Part shown: positions 53,602 through 64,000 of the stretch, piece by piece
Position numbering within the stretch: the stretch's first letter is position 1
How the letters are laid out: every line of letters starts with the position of its first letter
Assembly: GCF_009914755.1 (NCBI RefSeq)
Contig: NC_060947.1
Source: the human T2T-CHM13v2.0 reference genome, Homo sapiens
Reading direction: 5' to 3' (one strand)
DNA: 64,000 bases
Notes under the pieces: generated by a model
The model's database searches: none
Seen by the model: the letters and a program-made list of their open reading frames with translations, nothing else
Told to the model about the DNA's origin: nothing
Program-made: the position numbers and the translations under genes

Positions 53602-54492
53602 GACCTTTTCAGGGCTTGTGCAATATGATTCACTATCCATTCCTTCCTGTTTACACTCTCAATAACCTGTAGAGATAAAGCAGTATGAACAGCCAATCAA
53701 AATGCAGAATATTGAAAAGGTTAAAGTCTATGTTTATGAGTCTATTAAATGTTTATAGTCTTTCACAGACTGCACTGGGCATTAAAACTGTTGTATCTTG
53801 TTCTGGTCATAAACATTGCAACAAGAAAGAAGTGGGTAAAACTAATTTCATTCGCAAGACAAAATTTGTAATGAGAATACAAAATGGCATAATATGTATT
53901 AATTTGTTCCCATGACAATAACTGCAAGAAAAACAGAAAATGGTGTCAACCTAAACCACTCATTAGGGTGGAAACAGGAGTTATTAAATAATTGTTAAGA
54001 AACTCAATTTAAAAGTCTAGTACTTAGCGTGATAACTTACCATTCATGCTTTGGAAAAAGATGAGGGACATTTGAACCCCATAAATCCATAACTATAAAT
54101 CAGCTGACTCCTTTCTAACCTTTCTAGCCAAAGACCAATAATTGATGTGACTTCATTTTTAGGTAGCCAATGATGATGCACGTACTATTATTTCTACATC
54201 TGCTTTAAATTTGAAATGTATTATTATTTTCCTGGATAATACCTTGAAGTATCTAGAGTTTCATAGCATAATTATATGTTATATAAAAACATACTGTTTT
54301 GGTCTTGTCATTAGGTCAACTGTTAGGCCTTATTACAATGAAAGAAAAATTGCCTTTTATATACTATGCTTATCCAAATTAACTGTACTTAGAATGTCTC
54401 CTATAAGAAAAGCTAAAATATCTTGGTATAAATCACACAGACTGCTAGATGTTAGCTGCAGGCATACGATCCTTGATTAAAATACATTAATC

Positions 54493-54755
54493 CTTTGGGA
54501 GGCCAAGGCGGGTGGATCACCTGCAGTCAGGAGTTCGAGACCAGCCTTGCCAACATGGCAAAACCCCATCTCTGCAAATAATATAAAAATTAGCCAGGCG
54601 TGGTGACGCATGCCTGTAGTACCAGCTACTCGAGATTCTTAGGCACGAGAATCTCTTGAACCCAGAAGGCTGAGAATGCAGTGAGCCAAGATTGCCCCAC
54701 TGCACTCCAGCCTGAGCCACAGAGTGAGACTTTGTCTCAAACTAAATAAATAAAT
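54493..54755 (+). mobile_element. 5'-truncated AluSx/Sz
   Basis: Starts at ctttgggaggcc; (TAAA)n tail; perfect 13-bp TSD aaatacattaatc at 54480-54492 and 54756-54768. Confidence 0.95.
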
Positions 54756-55729
54756 AAATACATTAATCTGCTTTTTGTTTTAAATGTAAAAATTATTAAC
54801 ATTTCCTAGTATTACTAAAAATCCTAGCAAAAACAATTGGATACTTTTATTGTAATTGTACTTTCTTCTACCAGAGAGGAATAAAGGGGTATTTTAGGGT
54901 ATTTGGAACAGTGATCTGTATAATGTAAAGCTAATGAAAAATATGTTAGCAATTTGACGACACCCACATTTACAATTATATAATTTTGAGAATCTTTTTT
55001 TTTTTTGCTGTACTCTTTCAGTTGTGAAAAAATTGAAGACTGAACACCTAACACAATTAAAGACCTAGTGGTTAAAACATAATTTCATTTGAAAGGTAAC
55101 ATTCTAAGCTGATTTAAAATTATATGAATTATTCTTTCCTATTTTCAACAGATTTGGAGAAGGCAGCCACTAAATTTGGAAAGAAAAGAAAAATGAATCC
55201 ATGACTATCATAATGACCTAATTTTAACACATAGTGGTTTTCTGAAGTCCTTCCAAGTCTAGACACTTCATTCTAATACAACAATACTCAGTATGTGGAA
55301 TGAATAAATAACAACATTTTCATACTAAAGGCCTCTATGTTCCTCTGAGAAACATTTTGGAGAGGGTAAAATTAATCTTGGCTACTTATCTCTGGGTTTG
55401 TTGCAGTTGCTCTTGGCTCCCCTAGCCCTATAAAACCCTATCAAAGCCTGACGATCACGTAAAGCATTCTTCCTCTCTCCTGCCTTCTCAAGTGAAAGAC
55501 CCATTCCCTCATTGGATCTACTCATCATTACTGGATCAAATATACTCTTAGTATTGTTCCCACTGAAAAAAAGAATGCCAACCTTTTTCTTCCCCTGTCG
55601 CACAAGCCCACCTGCCCTCCAATTAAGAGTAATTGCAACAAAGATTCTTATATTCTCTATTTTGATATCAGATATTTATCAGAAAGGTGTGGCTTTAATG
55701 AAGTCACTCTTACCTTATGTTTCTGGCAT

Positions 55730-55985
55730 AATCAACAGTAATAGCTAGCACTTATATAGCACTTGTTATGCACCATCATCCTAAGTATTTTATATATATT
55801 AGCTAATTTAATCCTCATTATAACTCTAAAATATGGAAATTATTTCCTTGCTCATTTTGCAGATGGGGAAATTTAGATCAGAGACGTTGTGTTAAATTTA
55901 TAAGATTTTATAACTAATAAATACTAGAGTGAGTTTTCAAGTTAGACATCTGGCTCTAGAATCTGTACTCTTCACCACTGTACTA
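55730..55985 (-). mobile_element. MIR SINE
   Basis: tagctagcacttatatagcact...atttaatcctca...cattttgcagatggggaa...tctggctctaga. Confidence 0.8.
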
Positions 55986-56034
55986 CAATGATTCCCTACA
56001 GCAAGTGCTACCTCCACAAACAGGTATATCACCC

Positions 56035-56037
<3 letters not shown>

Positions 56038-56081
<44 letters not shown>
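56038..56081. repeat. (TG)~22 microsatellite
   Basis: Directly visible. Confidence 0.97.
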
Positions 56082-56082
<1 letters not shown>

Positions 56083-56399
56083 TCACATAATGGGGTATCC
56101 TAAGTTTTGAGGATCTAGAAAGGAAGTAATGAATTAAAAATTAGAAAGTACCAGGACCTGGGACCTATGATGATAATCAAACCCTAAAAAGATGAGGATT
56201 TCCAAAATCTATTGGTGTTATATCTACAATTTAAGAAAATTAAAGGTTCTACATGAAATTGTTGATTGGAAAGCACAAACATTACAAAATTTAGTAAGTT
56301 ATAAAAATTAAGTAAATACAATCTACTATTTTTTACATAATTATTTTCATCTTATGATCAAGTGCTAAAACAATGATTTCAGTTATCTGTCTTGGAATA

Positions 56400-57125
56400 C
56401 AGTCACTGCTAGAGTTCTAATCTCTGAAGACAGGGACTGGGAATTATTTCCTCAGAAACTAGAGACATGCCTGACATAAAATAAGTACTCAATATACTGA
56501 AAGAATGAATAACAAGAGCTATTAATAATGATTACCTACTAAGTGTTAGGCACTGTGTAACATGCTTTGCATATATCATGTTGAATCCTTTAACAATCCA
56601 AATCTAAGACAGGTTCCATTATCCTCAGTTTACAAATTAGAAAACTGAGTTTTAGAAAGTTTTAGTCATTTATATAAATTATTCACTGACAGAATAATAA
56701 TTCATACCTATGTTATATTCCAAATTCTAGGTGCTTTTCATTATGTTATTTGGCAAGAATGAATAAATGTCTAGATGGTTTATTTTCTCTCATTCTGAAT
56801 GAGCAGAAATTATGACCCAACTTATCTAATTCCTGTCTTCAAAATAGTTCTTATTTCCAAAGAAATAAGAAAGAAAAAAGGGGAAAGAAAAGAAATAGTT
56901 AAACAGGAAAATGAAACAGATAAAGTTAATGAGTAGCTATACATTCTTATAGAATGCTAGTCATAATTCTAATCAAAGTGTGTCATAAGAGGTTATTTAC
57001 TAGTCAGTCTCCCCAACTATACTGTGAGCTCTCCCAGGACAGAGAATGTATCTTTTATTCATTACAGTAGTACCTACCACAGGATCTAGTTCATAGTAAG
57101 TCATCAAATAACTTTTTTAAATAAA
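56400..57125. mobile_element. Cluster of L2 3' ends (+; ~56400-56510, ~56990-57125) and a MIR (-; ~56510-56740)
   Basis: ctgtgagctctcccaggacagag...catagtaagtcatcaaata; tttacaaattagaaaactgag. Confidence 0.65.
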
Positions 57126-57451
57126 TGATAGGAGAGCATTGATATGGAGGGAATGGACAGAAATGGGGGCAAGACAGATAAGAACAACTCTAGAGCAAAG
57201 AGCTGAGGTGGGAACAAAAGTATATTTTACAGGCTTACAATTTCAAATGCCTTTAGGCCAGAAAAAGTAATTTCAGGGAGTGGCATAGACCAGGCATTAG
57301 ATAGTAGGGAGGAGCAATGACTGAGGCGAACTGGACAGTTCATGCTCCTTCTCAAATCACCTATGGAAAAGAGACAATTAAAACTAGATATTGCTTGGAC
57401 AAGTTGTGTTATTAGCTTAATTTGCCTAATGTGGGAACAGTTTAAGACTAT

Positions 57452-57813
<362 letters not shown>

Positions 57814-57844
57814 TTATACCTATTTTGAACAGATACCTGCATTT

Positions 57845-58000
57845 TTTTCCATTCAACAAATGTTTCTTGAATGTCTACTATGTACCAGATACTGGGACAG
57901 GCCTTAGAGGTACAATGGTAATCTCCGCCCTCACAGTTTACTTGAAGAGATAGAAACATGACAAACAGATCTATCGTCATGCCCTCTATTGTCTAGGAGA
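57845..58000 (-). mobile_element. L2 3' fragment
   Basis: cattcaacaaatgtttcttgaatgtctactatgtaccagatactg. Confidence 0.7.
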
Positions 58001-58512
58001 AACAGAAGCCATGCTAAAATAGTATTCAAAAGTCTGTTTTTACTATCTTCCTTTCTTTCTCTTTCATTCTTTTCCAACTCCCCACTCAAGACCATCATGC
58101 TCCTGTCATTTTCCATATTCACTCTCTGGCTATGCCAAATGTCTTTCCAGGCCTTCCCTCCTCAGAAATGCTTCAATATAATCTTTCACTCTAGCCCTTA
58201 ATAATCAAAATTTTGTAAAGACTCTGAGAATAAAAATGTCTTATCATATGAATAAAGTAATTCAGGCTAAATATATGAATGACAGCAGTGTGCTAAGTTT
58301 ACTGAGAGCATAAGCTTTGCATTACATTTCCTCTTTTCCACAACAATGACTTGTAAATAGTAGCAGCTCAATAAATACTTGTCTCACCTTTAAGGTCTTT
58401 AAAAACATCTATCTCCCCTGGCCTATTTACATTTTAAAAGAAAAGCAAATAAATTGGAATAATGGTGGGAAGTAGTCAGTTGCTAAGACAGTCTCCTGGT
58501 GCTGTCATCCTA

Positions 58513-58897
<385 letters not shown>

Positions 58898-60514
58898 ATG
58901 ATAGACTATCCTCTAATAACTCCAAAGCTTTAGAAGAACTGTTTGCAACTGTTTGCAATTATAGGTTGGTTGTCACCTTGATTAATATTTTAGAGTAAAT
59001 CAGCGAGGGGACAAGTAGTAAAGCTACATTTGGTTCTGACTTTTTTTTAAAAAATGAGAAGTAGCCCATGGATTCTCAAGTGGTTCCTTTTTTGTTCTGT
59101 GCTAGATTTGACATGCTAAATATTTTCAAACCCTCTAAACAGCAGTGCAAATAGGCTGTATTTAATATCAAAAGGGGAGATAAAAATAAATAAAATAAGA
59201 ATGTTGTTTTCTCTTTCACAGTCTTCTTATAGTTTTATAAAACCATAAATTCTGGAGCATAAAAAAAGTAGAAAAAGTTGCAATAAAAATAAATATTAAA
59301 TAAAGAGGCTGCTCCATCTTCCTCTCTCTCTCGTGAAATTCTCTTGATCTTTCCAATTTTATGTTATATTGTATACTAAAGAAACCTACACATTGGTTTG
59401 GGCAATGTGCGAGTCTTACTAATAACGGACATTGAAAGCTGCTGATTTAGGACACTGTGGTTTATTTTATTTTAAACATATTTTGTAAAGAGCCAACGTC
59501 TAATATACTGCCTTTATTGTCTTTGTTCCATGTGTACACACCTTATCTCAGCAAAATTCTAAGTTCCTTGAGGGCAAAAACAGTTTATCTCCGTATCTTC
59601 GTAGCACAATGATTAATTGAAAACAGTCATAAATACCTACATGTATAAATACATAGATAAACAAATGTTTGTTAATATCTGGTCATGATTGTTGCTTCCT
59701 TCATTAAGTAATAAACACACAGTATGTGTAAGTTACCCTAAGACTCAACATGTTAAAGAAGTCTTCCTGTTTTGGGGTGTACATTTTTGCTTCTGAACTT
59801 GGCTCCTGGTGTGCATAATTAGCCACTTGCCAACATAATTGGCCACTTGCTTTTTTTTTAAGGATATTCAGTGGCAAAGTGCAGGTGCACTTTTGGGACC
59901 CATAACTAGTTGCAGCTGAAAAATAAATGAAAAAAAAGAAGACTAATTGTGATCCTCTGACAATTGGGCTCTTTAGGGTTATAACCCCCACAGCCATCAA
60001 ACCTTCCTTAAAAATCTTCCCTCAGTTCCATTGTTAAGAATTTTATAGATGTTTGGAAAATATAATTTGTTCTAAAATACAATTACAGCATGTAAGTAAA
60101 AAAAAAAGAAGAAGAAGAAAAATATTGAAACCAATTTCTACAGAAACTCTCTCAAGGAGCATTTGCAAGATTCAGTGTAGATTTGAGGAAAGTCTCCATG
60201 TTATAAAACCACCTTTCTCTTCTGCAGAAAATTTTCATTTGAGCAACTTGTCATTTTGTCCAGTATTAGAACAAGTTATGCAAGTCAGGAGCTCAGTGGA
60301 GAATCCTTTCAGCTCACTTAAAGTTTCACATAATGGTGATTTATCAAAAGGAAAAATGTAAAACTAAAGTTTGTCACACATCAAGAGTGACTTCCATAAA
60401 AGAAAAATAAAAAAGCTTTCAATAAAAAGAATGAAGAAACCTACTAATTAGTCTACACCATATCTAGATTCTGAGCAACTCTACTGCTATTGTCAGTAGT
60501 CAACCACTGAAGGT

Positions 60515-60975
60515 CTTGGTTTATTAACTGGCTATTGTTGAAATGATACTATATAATAATGCATTGCAGAAACACAGCGAATTATAATTAAAAAATTGTA
60601 TTTCTTATTATGGGTCTGTGAATCATTTGGTAAACTTCTGACTAGGACTTCGAGTTGATTAGTCCTGGATATACCATGAATTGTATTTAAGTATTTTCCT
60701 CATATTCCTTCTTCTTGGACTAGCAGAACTAATCAGAGTGTATATTTCTCATGACGGATCACAGAAGGGCAACCTGACAAGCCAAATCATGCACATACAT
60801 TTTAAACATCTATTGGCATTATTTTCACTAATCTCTTATTGGACAAATCGAGTCAAAAGGCTAAGAATACACTGCACGTTGAGAGGATACTACAAATGTA
60901 CCTGGCAAAGTGTGTGGATGTACAATTTTATTAACAATAGAGGGGAAAATCAAGACTGATAATCCAATTTATCAT
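60515..60975 (-). mobile_element. MLT1J/K-like LTR within decayed L3/CR1 sequence (~60420-61190)
   Basis: ttattggacaaatcgagtcaaaaggctaag...ggcaaagtgtgtggatgtacaatt...ataatccaatttatcata; flank tgaaagaactgaggatttttagcct is L3-like. Confidence 0.55.
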
Positions 60976-62459
60976 AATTGGGTACAACCGTATTGACTCT
61001 GATAAATTACAGTGCATTTAAAAGTTTCAGAAAATAATTTTGTACAAAGAATTATTGAAAGAACTGAGGATTTTTAGCCTCCAGAATGTAAAAGTCATCG
61101 GTTAGAGATGCTAGACAAGGAATTCCTGCCTTTGGGAAAATGGTTGGATAAAAGTCTCATTTAGCTCTAGGAGAGTGTGTGATTATTTGAGACATTTCCT
61201 TGTAGGAACATTGGTTAACAGACTGGAGAAAAGTTGGCAGGGGTTGGGGGAGTTGCAGGGGCAGCAATAGGTGAGTCTTTGTTTCAAAGGGTGGGATTTC
61301 TATAAGTTGTTGTATAGGCTGCTTTTGTTTGCTTTGCTGTTGAAGGAGAGGAAGCTGTCATTATTCATGTTGTTTTATATTCCAAGCTCTCCTCTCAGGG
61401 TTCATCAGTGTATTTCAAAATGAAGAGCATCATCTGAGTCTTCTGAGACATTTTTTAGACATTCTAATTACTGTTCAACCAGAAAAATAAACCTGCATAA
61501 CTTTGGCAAGTCACTCTCATTTCTTCATTTAAAAATTGAGGGGCTGGATGATATACAATCTCACTGGAAGAGGACAAATATACTAGCATTTGAGTACCTT
61601 CTATGTGCCTAATTATGGTGCTCTGTGCTTTCACAGGCTCTGGAAGACCTTATATTCTATGCTTCTGTGATTTTATACTGTCATTCAGCACCTGTAGGTA
61701 ACAATGTTAAATAGCAGAACAACTTTGTGAACTACTGTTGCCATCTAATGGATTTTTAATAAAACTGTCCATAAAATTCACATCTGTGACCTTTCTCATA
61801 ATATTCCTCTCCTCACTTTTTCCCCAAAAGGTAATAGCTACTGATTTATTTGGCCATAAAATGCATCATCATAATGAACGATGTGAAATCCTTTAAAAGA
61901 GCTTTAGTTTCAATCACTCCCAAGTGATCAGAGAACTGAATTACATCCTAGCCACTGAGGTTTCAAAAGATTTCAATATTAATACTAACAGCTATCATTT
62001 ATTGAGCATTTATTTATGTCAGGAACTACACTAGTAGTTACATGTGTAATTTTATTTAAGCAATAATATCTTCTGTGTGAATTTATAATCACAGCCTGTT
62101 AGGCTGCAAGACTAAATAGATACAATTACAAAAACCTCATGTGCTGAACTTGCTACTGAAGTTCAACTTAATTTCAAATGTTTTCCTTGGGATCAAAATA
62201 CTTTTCAAAATTAAATGTGCTTTGCACAGTACCCCATCTATGTTTTTCATGGAATGAAATTTTATTATCTTGAACCTTTTATTTCATAATTTAGTAAGCA
62301 TTAGAAACAGTTTCTGGATGACTTACACTGTTAGTAAGCTTGTAGATATACTTAAAAGTTCAGGGCTGAGGTCAATAGTAGTTTTTTGGACACAAGCTCT
62401 GTGATCACCTTCATTAATCATGCTATAGTGTCATCCTCATATGCTGGGTCCATAGAATT

Positions 62460-62720
62460 CAGAATAAAGACATTTCCTAAGTATGTATTAAGTATCAGGC
62501 AATATTCAAAGCATCTTATATATATCAATTTATTTCATCCTCATAACAATTCTATAAAATAGGTATTATTGTTATTATCATCATACTTATTTTGCAGATA
62601 AGGAAATTAAGACACAGAGATGCTAACTAACTTGCTCAAGGATACACATCAAAGAAGGTTAGGTTGTCAACTGAGCCATTTGGCTCTAGAATTTGCACTC
62701 AAAATTACTATGCTGTGATA
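62460..62720 (-). mobile_element. MIR SINE
   Basis: atttcatcctcataacaattctat...ttttgcagataaggaaattaagacacagaga...taacttgctcaagg. Confidence 0.8.
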
Positions 62721-62908
62721 CTTTAGGATAGTTAGGTAATGGGGCCCAACATACCTGCCTTAATAGTATCTGATGTTGTTAGGTATTTGTTTCTTGGATA
62801 GTGATCTGACATGGCTAGAATACAGGCAGTATTTTTTCTCTAACAGGCAGTTATTTTGGGATCACAGAAACTCTATTTGGGCATAAAATCATGTTTCTAA
62901 CAACTGTT

Positions 62909-63335
62909 CAGGGTTTGCTACATAATTTTCAGGGCTTAATGCAAAACGAAAATCCAGGACTCTGTTAAAAAAGCAAGGTGATGGGGTGCTGTTAAAGATA
63001 CTAAAATATACAGCTTTGTTTCTTTATTCCATAGTCTCTCTTACAACTTGCCATGGTACTTTTTATTTGCCATTGAACGTCACACACACCCAGGAACAGG
63101 GATATTCACAGGAAGGCAGGGAGGTAGAATGCTGAGATTCACATGAACCAAAATTCTAAGCCTTTGTCTCACACTTCATTGTCACATCTGACTTCCCTTA
63201 TAAAACACAAATTCAAATATAAAAATAAAGAATTTCAGCCAGGGACCACAGAGCATTAAATCCCAAGTATGAGGCCCTTCTAAGCATATGACCATATGTG
63301 ATTGTACTCATCACACGCCCATGAAGCTGGCCATA
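62909..63335 (-). mobile_element. MER45B/C-like hAT-Tip100 DNA transposon
   Basis: Ends cacacgcccatgaagctggcc; 8-bp TSD caactgtt (62901-62908) / caactatt (63336-63343). Confidence 0.85.
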
Positions 63336-63354
63336 CAACTATTTCACAAAAATA

Positions 63355-63570
63355 TTTGAGGCAGTATTGTGTTACCATTGAGTCAGAGTATCTGTGTTTG
63401 AATCATGGCTCTCTACTTTATCAAATTTATATATTACCTTGATCAAATTATTTTTATCTCGTATAAACTAGGTTTGCTCATCTATAAGATTTGTAGTAAT
63501 AGCAGTACATTTTTCATAAGACTCTTGGAATTTAGGTGAGACACTCTCTGGCATATATTACTCTATAAAT
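63355..63570 (+). mobile_element. MIR SINE
   Basis: gagtcagagtatctgtgtttgaatcatggctctctactta...tttgctcatctataa. Confidence 0.7.
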
Positions 63571-63639
63571 GTAAGAAATGTCATTTAATTTCAAAGATGA
63601 TTGGATAACGTTATAGGAATAATGTAGAAACATCTATGT

Positions 63640-63920
63640 ATGTCTGGTGGACACCTTTCATCCAGTATACTCCATTATTCCAGCAAAATATACCCCTTCT
63701 GGAAATTGCCACCCCACTTCAACTCCATCTATATAGCAGCTGAGAGTGCTGAGTTGTGAGTACATGTATCTCCACCTCTTACCAGAGTCGATTGATCTAG
63801 GGTGGGCACCAAACCCAAGCAAGGCCCAGTCCATTTTTGAGATTCATAGGAAATGCATCTAGGTCTCAGAAATCACTGGAACCAGAGTCTGGAACTCAAT
63901 AAGGACTCTTCTCTTCTAGT
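63640..63920. mobile_element. ERVL LTR fragment (LTR16/LTR33-like) followed by (GTTTT)n
   Basis: gattgatctagggtgggcaccaaacccaagc motif; family uncertain. Confidence 0.45.
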
Positions 63921-64000
63921 CTCTGTTTTTTTGTTTTGTTTTGTTTTGTTTTTCTGCGCACATGCTCATTTTTCTACCTTTCTTTAAGTTCTTTCCTTGG

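Noticed and set aside
61684-61704. REST/NRSE site (TTCAGCACC)
   Set aside because: Only the left half-site; the GGACAG half is absent.

Overview
Primate (human-like) genomic DNA containing the single-coding-exon class III POU transcription factor gene POU3F4 (BRN4; the X-linked DFNX2 deafness gene), CDS 39900-40985 (+). The window has three zones. (1) 1-~23.2 kb is an almost pure stack of nested, decayed LINE-1 elements of several ages, with Alu, Tigger4, THE1 and MLT inserts. (2) ~27-50 kb has no recognisable Alu or L1 and holds the gene, its GC/CpG-rich promoter, a probable ~2.7 kb 3'UTR and candidate enhancers. (3) ~50-64 kb is ordinary intergenic DNA with Alu, MIR, L2, L3 and MER elements. 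All other ORFs in the track are repeat-derived, low-complexity or antisense shadows. I see no evidence for a new protein-coding system. The best leads are regulatory: a dense POU/SOX/FOX motif cluster just downstream of the gene, a possible upstream promoter with a 5'UTR intron and uORF, a 39-bp-arm hairpin, and several unusual retrotransposition/repair scars. Repeat subfamily names come from my recollection of consensus sequences and boundaries are approximate.
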